Shown here piece by piece: positions 41,032 to 50,015 of a stretch of DNA of 64,000 bases (positions are counted from its first letter, which is position 1; every line of letters starts with the position of its first letter). Origin of the DNA: Magnetococcales bacterium (GTDB taxonomy: Bacteria > Pseudomonadota > Magnetococcia > Magnetococcales > JADFXB01); NCBI GenBank assembly GCA_015233935.1, contig JADFXB010000003.1, positions 10,307 through 74,306 of the forward strand, written 5' to 3'. The position numbers were made by a program, and so were the translations under genes. The notes under the pieces were generated by a model, which worked only from the letters and a program-made list of their open reading frames with translations, was not told the origin of the DNA and did not search any database.

Positions 41032-41934
41032 TTACGAAGCCACATCCTTGCCGGATTTACCCAGAAAATAGCCATCCACAAAGGGTTGCCCTTTATTGAG
41101 TTCCACCAAGCGCGCCATGGCCTCTTCACCACTCAGTTGATTATCCAAGCGACTTTTCCAAATGGCAACAATCTTCTCCATATTTTCGCTTTGCGGCGAC
41201 AAGCGAACCAGGGAGATGCCCATGCTCTGCAAACGCTCCACATGGCCAATAAGATTATAAAGACGATGGGACATGGTTTGCAGACCGTTGATGGTCAAAT
41301 AGGATTCACCATCCTGGGTTGCCACCTCCATACCATCGGGAAAGGCATCACACTTGAACTGACAATTCATCTTGTGCAGGTGAAAGGCCCTTGCGGTATA
41401 ACAACGGGCAGAAAAGGTGAGAGGCAGACGCCCAAAGGCAAAAACCTCCCCCTCCACGTTACGATGCTTGATCCTCTTCAAGATGGTGGCCATGGCATCG
41501 GCAGATAACTCCACCGGAAAAACCACCCGTTCCACCCCCAAACCAGCCAGAAAATCCACAGTTTCCGGGTTGTAGGTGGTGATATGAGGGCCTGCCACCA
41601 GTTTACCCCCCTCACCCACCGCAATACCCGCCATGTCGTTGGCCTCCACCGAAAATCCTTCCTGGCGGGCCAATTGCACGATGCGGTGGGTGGTCTCCAC
41701 CTCCTCCTGATCCATCACCAGACCCAGGGTGGAAAAGACCACCTGCTTGCCACTGCTGCGCAAGTCGTGGGCCAATTCCATCATGTCATCCGGCGACAGG
41801 CTGTTGCGTTTGGAACAAACCACCTCGCCTATGTAAAGGACATCGGCAGCGGTTTCAAAGGCCATGCGATGATAAAAATCCCGAATCGCCTTTTTGCCCC
41901 ATTCAAACAAAAGTGGACCAATGGAGAGCTTCAT
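41032..41934 (-). CDS. ubiV: O2-independent ubiquinone hydroxylase subunit UbiV (U32 family)
   Basis: LSIGPL, GEVVCSKR, LTFSARCYTAR and INGLQT; TAATG coupling to ubiU. Confidence 0.92.
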   Translation of the reverse strand: MKLSIGPLLFEWGKKAIRDFYHRMAFETAADVLYIGEVVCSKRNSLSPDDMMELAHDLRSSGKQVVFSTLGLVMDQEEVETTHRIVQLARQEGFSVEANDMAGIAVGEGGKLVAGPHITTYNPETVDFLAGLGVERVVFPVELSADAMATILKRIKHRNVEGEVFAFGRLPLTFSARCYTARAFHLHKMNCQFKCDAFPDGMEVATQDGESYLTINGLQTMSHRLYNLIGHVERLQSMGISLVRLSPQSENMEKIVAIWKSRLDNQLSGEEAMARLVELNKGQPFVDGYFLGKSGKDVAS

Positions 41935-42950
41935 TATTGCCACGCTTCCTCATAGGTGCCCAAGGTGTAGGTGGTGCCTTCGGAAGTGGCGTTGAGGGTG
42001 CGAAGCCAGCTTCCCTTGACCCGAAATCCCTTGGGATCTTGATAATAGGCGTCCACCGCCTCCCGCATGACCTTGGTGACAGTGGCCACATAAGATTTGG
42101 TCCGCTGCCGTCCTTCAATCTTCAGACACACCACCCCCGCCTCGATCACCTGGGGAATCATTTCCAGAATATTCAAAGAACTGGGTTCTTCCATCACATG
42201 GTACAATTGACCATTGGCATGGTAGCGACCCTTGCAAATCGTCGGATAGGCCGCCTCTTCCCCCTTGCCATATTCGGCAATCAACACCCCACCCAACCGG
42301 GTACGCAATCGTTCCCCCATATTTTCAAAACGCACTGCCCGCGCCGGGGAACACACCCCCTCAATGTTGGGAGAGACCCCGGTGGTATAGGAGGAGAGAT
42401 AACAGCGTCCTTCCGCCATGACGCACAAACCGCCAAAGGCGAAAACCTCCAACTCCACATCGGTTTTTTCCCGCAGGGCACGAATTTCAGGTACGGTCAA
42501 TACCCGTGGCAAGATCACCCGGGTGATACCAAAGTGACGTTTGAAAAAGTTGATGGCCTCATAGTTGCTGGCCGATGCCTGCACCGACAAATGAATGGGC
42601 AACTGGGGATAGTTTTTGTGGCAGTAGTCCAACAGGGAAATATTGGCCAGAATGATGGCATCCGCCTTCAAACGGGCCGCCAAATCCACCGTCTTGTACC
42701 AGATATCCGGGTTGTCTGCCTGGGGATAGGTGTTGAGGGTTACATTGGCCTTGACACCATGCTTGTGAGCAAACTCGATGCCACGAGCTGCCTCATCTTC
42801 ATTGAAGTTGAGACCCTCAAAGTTGCGGGCGTTGGTGGCGTTACGAAAACCGAAATAGACTGCATCGGCCCCGTTTTCCACCGCCGCTTTCAAGGAGGGC
42901 AGATTGCCCGCCGGGGATAAGACCTCTACGCGCCCTTGCTGCTTTGTCAT
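41934..42950 (-). CDS. ubiU: O2-independent ubiquinone hydroxylase subunit UbiU (U32 family)
   Basis: PAGNLPSL, TNARNF, LCVMAEGRCYLSS, CKGRY and KIEGRQR. Confidence 0.95.
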   Translation of the reverse strand: MTKQQGRVEVLSPAGNLPSLKAAVENGADAVYFGFRNATNARNFEGLNFNEDEAARGIEFAHKHGVKANVTLNTYPQADNPDIWYKTVDLAARLKADAIILANISLLDYCHKNYPQLPIHLSVQASASNYEAINFFKRHFGITRVILPRVLTVPEIRALREKTDVELEVFAFGGLCVMAEGRCYLSSYTTGVSPNIEGVCSPARAVRFENMGERLRTRLGGVLIAEYGKGEEAAYPTICKGRYHANGQLYHVMEEPSSLNILEMIPQVIEAGVVCLKIEGRQRTKSYVATVTKVMREAVDAYYQDPKGFRVKGSWLRTLNATSEGTTYTLGTYEEAWQ

Positions 42951-43621
42951 GCTCCGTATGACCCCATGGTTTGGTGTGATTCCTTCATCATACCACCTGC
43001 CAATCCGCCAGACCAGGGAGGAACCAGGGTATGGCCAATGGCCAGGTGATCCAGAATACGTGCCACCACAAAATCGATCAACTCATTCACACTGGCAGGA
43101 CAATGATAAAAACCGGGGGCAGCCGGCAGAATGGTCACCCCCAGTTGGGCCAAACGCAACATATTGGATAGATGAATCACCGACAAAGGAGCCTCACGGG
43201 GAACCAGAATCAACGGCCATTTTTCCTTGATGGCCACATCCGCCGCCCGCTCCAACAAGTTATCCGACATGCCATTGGCCACCGCTGCCAAGGTTCCCAT
43301 GGAACAAGGACAGATCACCATGGCCCGCCCCCGCGCCGAACCAGAAGCAAGTGGGGAATTCCAGTCGTTGTTGCCGTAAAGGTTCAACAACTCTGTACCA
43401 TGAGGCCACATTTCCTTTAATATCCGGTTGGCATCGGGGACAGAATCAGGCAACATGAGGTGACACTCCTGCTCCAGCACCAACCGTCCGGCACGGGAGA
43501 TCACCAAATCCACCCGCCGCCCTGCCGCCAGCAGCATCTCCACCAGGCGCAGCCCATAAGGTGCACCAGAGGCCCCGGTGATGGCCACAGTGACGGCAGT
43601 GGTGTTGGTTGCATCGGCCAT
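42947..43621 (-). CDS. ubiX: Flavin prenyltransferase UbiX
   Basis: AITGASG, ASGS, PCSMGTL, RAADV, REAP and PGFY. Confidence 0.95.
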   Translation of the reverse strand: MADATNTTAVTVAITGASGAPYGLRLVEMLLAAGRRVDLVISRAGRLVLEQECHLMLPDSVPDANRILKEMWPHGTELLNLYGNNDWNSPLASGSARGRAMVICPCSMGTLAAVANGMSDNLLERAADVAIKEKWPLILVPREAPLSVIHLSNMLRLAQLGVTILPAAPGFYHCPASVNELIDFVVARILDHLAIGHTLVPPWSGGLAGGMMKESHQTMGSYGA

Positions 43622-43648
43622 GCCCAAACTCCCGCATAAGGAGGAAAT

Positions 43649-44602
43649 GTGTCGGTTTATACACCGGTTTCCCTGATGGATGCCCAACACCTGCTTACTG
43701 GATACGCAATCGGTGAAGCCACCCAAATCAGCGGCATCACCGAAGGGGTGGTGAATAGCAACTTTCGCTTATCCACCACAACTGGTCAATATATTCTGAC
43801 TCTGGTGGAAAATCCTGAACATGGTAAAGAGCTTCCCTGGTTGATCACCCTTTTGGATCAACTGGCAGCAACCCAACTGCCCACTCCACGGCCTGTTCGA
43901 GATCAACAAGGGTTGGCCATTCACCCCCTGCATGGCAAGGCCAGTTTGCTGGTCACCCTGTTACCAGGGGTATCGCCCCAACATCCCACCCCCCACCAAT
44001 GCCGCCAAATTGGCGAGACCCTGGCCCGCATCCACACCCTGCCCAGGGGAAAACTGGAGGTTCGGGATAATCCCATGGGCATTGCCAGATGGTATCTGCT
44101 CCTGCACCAATTGACGACACGCATGGCAGCAGGGGAGCTGCGCTGGTTGCAAGAAGAGTTGGGACAAGCCAAACTGTTTTTTGCCAATCCCCACCTGCCC
44201 ACCGGCCTTTGTCATGCCGATCTTTTCCCCGACAACTCCCTGTTTCAGGAAGAGCAGTTGACCGGGGTGATCGACTTTCATTTTGCCTGTCATGACAAAT
44301 GGCTTTATGACTTGGCCATTTCCATCAATGCCTGGTGCTTCCGCCCGGATGGCACCCTGGATGATGCCCTGCTCACCCCACTATGGCAAGGCTACCAACG
44401 CCATCGCCAAGTCACGGATCTGGAAATCGCCTGGCTGGATCAAGCGTGTCGCACGGCCAGCCTCCGTTTTGCTCTGACTCGACTGGTGGCCCGTTGGTTC
44501 CCAAAGGCAGGGGCAACAGTGACTTGCAAACCGCCAGAGGAATACCTGAACCGATTGCAATTTCACCGTGACAACAGCATTCGCCAGTGGATCACACGTT
44601 GA
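43649..44602 (+). CDS. thrB: Homoserine kinase type II
   Basis: AAGGAGG SD, MSVYT, EGVVNSN, HADLFPDN and IDF. Confidence 0.9.
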   Translation: MSVYTPVSLMDAQHLLTGYAIGEATQISGITEGVVNSNFRLSTTTGQYILTLVENPEHGKELPWLITLLDQLAATQLPTPRPVRDQQGLAIHPLHGKASLLVTLLPGVSPQHPTPHQCRQIGETLARIHTLPRGKLEVRDNPMGIARWYLLLHQLTTRMAAGELRWLQEELGQAKLFFANPHLPTGLCHADLFPDNSLFQEEQLTGVIDFHFACHDKWLYDLAISINAWCFRPDGTLDDALLTPLWQGYQRHRQVTDLEIAWLDQACRTASLRFALTRLVARWFPKAGATVTCKPPEEYLNRLQFHRDNSIRQWITR

Positions 44603-45695
44603 AGCGAAAGTGCATCACGTCTCCATCCACCACCCGATACTCCTTGCCTTCCAGCCGCATACGTCCCTGCTCCTTGGCCCCGACCTCGCCACGGCAGTTG
44701 ATGTAGTCGCTGTAACCGATCACCTCAGCCCGGATAAAACCCTTCTGAAAATCGGTATGGATTACCCCGGCGGCATCATAGGCGGTATCGCCCTGATGGA
44801 TGGTCCAGGCCCGCACTTCCTTGGGACCAGCAGTAAAATAGGTGATCAAGCCCAACAAACGATAAGCGGCATGGATTAAACGGTCCAATCCCGCCTCCGA
44901 GACCCCCAAACCTTCCAAAAATTGCGCCTTGTCTTCCCCATCCAGTTCGGAAATTTCCGCCTCGATGGCTCCACAAATGGGGATGGCCTCCGCCCCTTCA
45001 GAAGCGGCGTATTGACGCACCGTATCCACCAAAGCGTGGGGCTTGCCTGCCTGCAAATCGCTGATATCCTGCTCTGAGACATTACAGACATAGAGAAAGG
45101 GTTTGGCGGTCACCAAATCCCGCACAAAGGGTTTTTCCTCGGCAGATAAGCCCTGCCGACGAATGGGCACCCCATTGTTCAACCCTTCGATCACTTTAAT
45201 AAAGACCGCCTCCTGTGCCTTGGCCTCCTTGTCACCCACCCTCGCCCGCTTGGAGAGGGTAACGATCCGCTTTTCCAAGCCCGCCAGATCGGCCAACATC
45301 AATTCAGTTTCGATCACCTGAATATCTTCCAGGGGATTCACCCGACCATGCACATGGATGACATCATCGTTTTCAAAACAGCGCACCACATGGGCCACCG
45401 CATCCACCTGGCGGATATGGCCAAGAAACTGGTTGCCTAATCCCTCCCCCTGGCTGGCCCCCTTGACCAAACCGGCGATATCCAAAAACTCCACCGAGGT
45501 AGGAACAATCTTTTGTGGCTTGATGATACCGGACAATTCCTGCAAACGGGGATCAGGCACCGCCACCACCCCCACATTGGGATCGATGGTGCAAAAGGGA
45601 TAGTTGGCCATTTGCGCCCCGGCGGCGGTCAAGGCATTGAAGATGGTGGATTTGCCCACATTAGGCAAACCGACGATGCCACACTGAAGACTCAT
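44592..45695 (-). CDS. ychF: Ribosome-associated ATPase YchF
   Basis: [19 protein letters not shown] and terminal FRFNV. Confidence 0.98.
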   Translation of the reverse strand: MSLQCGIVGLPNVGKSTIFNALTAAGAQMANYPFCTIDPNVGVVAVPDPRLQELSGIIKPQKIVPTSVEFLDIAGLVKGASQGEGLGNQFLGHIRQVDAVAHVVRCFENDDVIHVHGRVNPLEDIQVIETELMLADLAGLEKRIVTLSKRARVGDKEAKAQEAVFIKVIEGLNNGVPIRRQGLSAEEKPFVRDLVTAKPFLYVCNVSEQDISDLQAGKPHALVDTVRQYAASEGAEAIPICGAIEAEISELDGEDKAQFLEGLGVSEAGLDRLIHAAYRLLGLITYFTAGPKEVRAWTIHQGDTAYDAAGVIHTDFQKGFIRAEVIGYSDYINCRGEVGAKEQGRMRLEGKEYRVVDGDVMHFRFNV

Positions 45696-46276
45696 GGGGA
45701 TTCTTTCCTGACGGCAAAGATGGATAAGCGATTAAGAACATTGGCGATATCGGCGGCCAGGATGGCGGGCATCTCTTTGGCCAAAGCATCCAGCAGGGGA
45801 TCCAAAACTTCCCGTTCGGTTGCGGTGAAGGGGGACAACACATAGGAAGCCGGGTCACCCCCAGCGGTAGGACGACCGATTCCCAGACGCACCCGGACAA
45901 AGTTGGCGGTTCCCATCATTTCCTGCATGGACTTAAGACCGTTGTGTCCACCATTGCCACCGCCGGTCTTGATACGAACACGTCCGGGAGCCAAATCAAG
46001 ATCATCATGAAAAACAAGAATTTGTTCGGGGGGAATTTTGTAAAAACGGGCCGCTTCTGCAACGGAGCGACCGGAGAGGTTCATATAGGTTTCCGGCATC
46101 AACCAAAGAACCCGCTCATGACCAATGGTGCCATCCCCATAACGCCCGGCAAAGCGGTTTTGCCCCGAGGAAAGGCCCCATTGCTGGATGACCCGTTCCA
46201 TGGCATGCCAGCCCAGGTTATGCCGGGTGGTGCGATATCGTTCACCAGGATTGCCCAAACCCACCAGTAGCCACAT
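45692..46276 (-). CDS. pth: Peptidyl-tRNA hydrolase
   Basis: VGLGNPG, TRHN, YMNLSG and GGHNGLKS. Confidence 0.97.
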   Translation of the reverse strand: MWLLVGLGNPGERYRTTRHNLGWHAMERVIQQWGLSSGQNRFAGRYGDGTIGHERVLWLMPETYMNLSGRSVAEAARFYKIPPEQILVFHDDLDLAPGRVRIKTGGGNGGHNGLKSMQEMMGTANFVRVRLGIGRPTAGGDPASYVLSPFTATEREVLDPLLDALAKEMPAILAADIANVLNRLSIFAVRKESP

Positions 46277-46306
46277 GGATCAACCGCTTTGCAATCAAAC
46301 AACAAA

Positions 46307-46348
46307 CCCTTGCGGGCGTGTAACCTAAAAACCACACACCCGCAAGGG
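46307..46348 (-). terminator. Hairpin downstream of rplY
   Basis: CCCTTGCGGGCGTGT...ACACACCCGCAAGGG. Confidence 0.55.
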
Positions 46349-46382
46349 AGTTGAATCAGAAGGATAAAAAGGGCGTCAGCCC

Positions 46383-47084
46383 TTATTTTTTGCCACCAGC
46401 TTTGGGAGCGGGGGCAGCGGCAGCGGCGGGGGCTGCTTTGGCAGGTGCGGCTTTGGCAGGTGCAGCCTTGCCCTTGGCACCTTTGCCCTTGACGGGAGCA
46501 GCGGCCACTTCCACCTCTTCCACCTTGGCCCCGATGATGGCGGCGATGGTGGCATTGGGGTCGCCATGGATGGTCACTTCTGGCGGCAACTTGATATCCC
46601 GCAGATGGACCGACTCGCCCACATCCATTTTGTTGATGAAGGCTTCGAGAAAATCGGGGATGGCCCCGGCGCGGCAATGGACATCCGCTTCGCGCATGGC
46701 CACTTGCAAAATTCCACCCTTCTTGAGACCGGGGGACTCGCTCTCACCGATGACGTGAATGGGCAGACGAATGTGAATGCGGCGGGTGGGATCAAAGTGA
46801 ACCAGGTCCAGATGAATGGGCACATCGGTGACCGGATCCTTCTGGAACTCTTTGAGCAACACCTCCATGGTTTCGCCACCTTCCATGTTGAGGGTCAAGG
46901 GGTGAGTTCTCAACTTACCCTTTTCCGACTCCATGAGTTTGATGAAATCTTTCACATTGACGGTGATCATACGGGTGGGCTGGCCATTGCCGTAGATCAC
47001 GGCGGGAAGCAGAGACTCCCGACGAAGTTTGCGGGCCACCCCCTTGCCGGTCCCGTTGCGAACTTGACCTGTAATACTTGGCAT
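46383..47084 (-). CDS. rplY: 50S ribosomal protein L25/Ctc with an Ala/Pro/Lys tail
   Basis: GKGVARKLRR..PAVIYG and the Ctc C-terminal domain; AAPAK repeats in the tail. Confidence 0.95.
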   Translation of the reverse strand: MPSITGQVRNGTGKGVARKLRRESLLPAVIYGNGQPTRMITVNVKDFIKLMESEKGKLRTHPLTLNMEGGETMEVLLKEFQKDPVTDVPIHLDLVHFDPTRRIHIRLPIHVIGESESPGLKKGGILQVAMREADVHCRAGAIPDFLEAFINKMDVGESVHLRDIKLPPEVTIHGDPNATIAAIIGAKVEEVEVAAAPVKGKGAKGKAAPAKAAPAKAAPAAAAAPAPKAGGKK

Positions 47085-47116
47085 GTTTCATTCCTTTGTA
47101 AGACTTTAACCATTAC

Positions 47117-47170
47117 GGAAAGAAAATGGGTGACCAACCTCCAGGGGTGCTGAGACACCTTTTTCTTTCC
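47117..47170 (-). promoter_or_regulatory. Stem-loop in the rplY 5' leader (candidate L25 autoregulatory element)
   Basis: Outer stem GGAAAGAAAA/TTTTCTTTCC plus GGTG/CACC enclosing CACCCCTGGAGG. Confidence 0.45.
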
Positions 47171-47199
47171 ACCTTTCTCCCTTTGTTGGGAGAATTTCT

Positions 47200-48147
47200 T
47201 TAAACGAAGAGGGAGCTGACCGACTCTTCATCACTGATACGACGGATGGCTTCCCCCAACAGGTTGGAAACGGTGAGGGAGACGATTTTATCGCAAGCTC
47301 TCGCATCCGCGCTTAAATTGATGGTATCGGTGATCAATAAGCGATCCATGGGGGAATTGGCAATGCGACGGACAGCTTCACCGGACAACACCCCGTGGGT
47401 ACAAGCGGCGATGACAGAGGTTGCCCCGCCTTGATCCAAGAGATATTCGGCGGCCTTGACCATGGTTCCAGCGGTATCCACCATGTCATCCACGATCAGA
47501 CATTTTTTGCCCTGTACATCACCAATGACATGCATGACTTCCGACAAATTAGCGGAAGGACGGCGTTTGTCGATAATGGCCAGTTCGGCATCCAAACGTT
47601 TGGCATAAGAACGTGCCCGCACCACCCCACCCACATCGGGAGAGACCACCACCATATTTTCGGAGCAGCAAGAGCGGATGGCATCCAGCAAAACAGGGGT
47701 GGCATAAATGTTATCCACCGGCATATTGAAAAAGCCCTGAATCTGTCCCGAATGGAGATCCATGGTGAGAACCCGCTGTACACCTGCGGCATCCAGCAGG
47801 TCGGCCACCAACTTGGCGGTGATGGGGGTACGTCCTGCTTCTTTGCGATCCTGGCGGGCATAACCGAAATAGGGAATTACGGCGGTAATGCGACCAGCGG
47901 AGGCTCTCCGCAGGGCATCCACCATAATGAGCAATTCCATTAAATGGTCGTTGGCGGGGGCCGAGGTGGGTTGCACCACGAAGACATCCCGTCCACGCAC
48001 ATTTTCGTTAATTTGAATAAAAATTTCTCCGTCAGAAAAACGGCGGACTGTGGCATCTCCAGGAGAAACCATCAAGTAATCTGCAATACGATTGGCCAGT
48101 TCCGGGTTAGCAGTCCCGGAAAAGAGTTTCATTTTGGAGATGGACAT
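47200..48147 (-). CDS. prs: Ribose-phosphate pyrophosphokinase
   Basis: FSDGE, YARQDRK, SPDVGGV and [10 protein letters not shown]. Confidence 0.98.
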   Translation of the reverse strand: MSISKMKLFSGTANPELANRIADYLMVSPGDATVRRFSDGEIFIQINENVRGRDVFVVQPTSAPANDHLMELLIMVDALRRASAGRITAVIPYFGYARQDRKEAGRTPITAKLVADLLDAAGVQRVLTMDLHSGQIQGFFNMPVDNIYATPVLLDAIRSCCSENMVVVSPDVGGVVRARSYAKRLDAELAIIDKRRPSANLSEVMHVIGDVQGKKCLIVDDMVDTAGTMVKAAEYLLDQGGATSVIAACTHGVLSGEAVRRIANSPMDRLLITDTINLSADARACDKIVSLTVSNLLGEAIRRISDEESVSSLFV

Positions 48148-48249
48148 GGCAGGGATGGATCTTCCAGGCAAAGTTGAAAGCCGATGCCGGGCAGGATCGG
48201 GACGGGGACGAAAAGGGGGATCCGAACCGGCTGACGCTGAAATTGAAAG

Positions 48250-48324
48250 TGGCTGGGCCGCCAGGATTCGAACCTGGGGATGCCGGAATCAAAATCCGGT
48301 GCCTTACCGCTTGGCGACGGCCCA
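48250..48324 (-). tRNA. tRNA-Gln(UUG)
   Basis: TGGGCCGTCGCCAAGCGGTAAGGCACCGGATTTTGATTCCGGCATCCCCAGGTTCGAATCCTGGCGGCCCAGCCA: cloverleaf, TTG anticodon, encoded CCA, and the canonical ispE-prs position. Confidence 0.97.
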
Positions 48325-48354
48325 ATAGGACACTGATTTTCGTATTCAACGCCG

Positions 48355-49257
48355 TCACGGTGAGGCAAACTGACGACGCCACTCCTGCTCAAAAGGATGC
48401 TGCTTGCAGGTTATACCATGAAAAAGCAACCAATGGCCATGGCTGTTGGTAATAGCCTCTGCTGCTTTTGCTGCCATAGGCCCATCTTCAAATAAGCCGA
48501 AGACGGTGGGACCACTCCCCGACATGGCAGCCAACCAAGCCCCGTTTGCCTGCAAGGCTTGGACCATCTCGCCCACCACCGGAGCCAGCACCTGACTGAC
48601 CGGTTGCAGGTCGTTGACCAACGGGTTGACAACCCTTTTACCCCTTGGAAGGTTGAAGATATTAATTGCTCCTTCAGAACTTGTCAATCCCTCTCTGTAA
48701 GCCCGGAAGACCTCTTTGGTGACCAGGGGGACACGGGGATTGAGGAGGAGCACCGACCAGGGAGGTCCCAGGTCCACCGGGGTGAGTTTTTCCCCAATTC
48801 CTTCCATTAAACAGGTTTGTTGCCCAAGAAAAACAGGAACATCCGCACCAAGTGCCACCCCTTCGTCAATCAATTGCTGGTGGGTCAATCCCACCTGCCA
48901 CAAGCGGTTGAGAACCAACATCACGGTGGCCGCATCGGAAGAACCGCCCCCCAAACCAGCCGCGACCGGCAAATTTTTTTCCAGGTGGATGGCCACCCCA
49001 CCAACATGGGGGGCCAACTCAGCCATGCGACGGGCAGCACGCAAGGCCAGATTGTCATCCGCCTTTCCCAAATCACTGGAGCAGGAAAACTGGATACCTT
49101 CTTCTATTTTCTTGAAAAATATAAGGTCCTGCCATGAAAGAAAGGTCACATGACTTTGCAGAAGGTGATAACCATCTTCTCGCCTGCCTACAATGCGCAA
49201 GTCCAGATTAATCTTGGCAGGGGCTGAAAAACAGAGGGCATTCTCAAGGGAGGGCAT
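48355..49257 (-). CDS. ispE: 4-diphosphocytidyl-2-C-methyl-D-erythritol kinase
   Basis: APAKINL, AAGLGGGSSDAA, GADVP and MSGSGPTVF. Confidence 0.96.
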   Translation of the reverse strand: MPSLENALCFSAPAKINLDLRIVGRREDGYHLLQSHVTFLSWQDLIFFKKIEEGIQFSCSSDLGKADDNLALRAARRMAELAPHVGGVAIHLEKNLPVAAGLGGGSSDAATVMLVLNRLWQVGLTHQQLIDEGVALGADVPVFLGQQTCLMEGIGEKLTPVDLGPPWSVLLLNPRVPLVTKEVFRAYREGLTSSEGAINIFNLPRGKRVVNPLVNDLQPVSQVLAPVVGEMVQALQANGAWLAAMSGSGPTVFGLFEDGPMAAKAAEAITNSHGHWLLFHGITCKQHPFEQEWRRQFASP

Positions 49258-50002
49258 AGGCTTCCCCATATTCGGGCAAAATGATGCGTCGGAAGGTTTC
49301 CGGCGGTTGAAAGACCAACATTTCCTCACCACTTTTTCGGTCGGGAAACCGCCAATCCTGCCAGGTAAATTCCAACTTATGGGCATCCCCGAGGGTCAAC
49401 CCAACCTTGCCCGGCATGATGGCCTCCAGTGCAGGCCATTGATAGATGATGGTGTAAGGATAATCCGACTGCTGCCCCTCCCGCACCAATAAACGTCCCT
49501 GTTGATCCAGACGAATTTTCTCTTCCCCCAAAGAGAACCACCCTCCCTCCCCTGGCACCAGTTCTGACAAGGAAGACAAAGCCAAAACCGCTTGCACCAA
49601 CTGTTGGGGAGCCACCCGCAATTGAGCCAAACGAAACAAACCCGCCGCCGTGGCCGCAGTCTGCCAAACTTCATGCTGTTGCTTATGAATCAAGGAAATC
49701 TGGCTTTCATCCAACCACAACTCCCCAACCTGTTGCTGGAATGGCCCCCAGATGGTCATGCGCACCCGCCTTGTTCCCTCCCCCACCAGAGTGACCCGAT
49801 GGCGACGCCCACCCGTTTCCGGCGACTCCACCTCCATGATGCCATTGACCAGCCAGTGACGAGGGGTTTGATACCAGGAACGCTGGTACGCCATGAAACG
49901 CTCCACCGCCATTCCCTGTTCGACAGGTTGCTCCGGCACTGTGGAACAGGCCGTCAGCAACAAAAACAATAACATGGACAGCTTGTGGCGTATAGGCGAC
50001 AT
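49244..50002 (-). CDS. LolB-like outer-membrane lipoprotein
   Basis: Lipobox LTAC; it occupies the conserved TPR-lolB-ispE position, but the sequence is divergent. Confidence 0.55.
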   Translation of the reverse strand: MSPIRHKLSMLLFLLLTACSTVPEQPVEQGMAVERFMAYQRSWYQTPRHWLVNGIMEVESPETGGRRHRVTLVGEGTRRVRMTIWGPFQQQVGELWLDESQISLIHKQQHEVWQTAATAAGLFRLAQLRVAPQQLVQAVLALSSLSELVPGEGGWFSLGEEKIRLDQQGRLLVREGQQSDYPYTIIYQWPALEAIMPGKVGLTLGDAHKLEFTWQDWRFPDRKSGEEMLVFQPPETFRRIILPEYGEAYALP

Positions 50003-50015
50003 GAGAGGTCAATTT

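Noticed and set aside
46390-46500. AAPAK repeats as a DNA repeat element
   Set aside because: They are the low-complexity tail of L25/Ctc, which is common.
48180-48324. Island integration at tRNA-Gln
   Set aside because: The ispE-tRNA-prs synteny is intact, with no integrase or duplicated 3' end.
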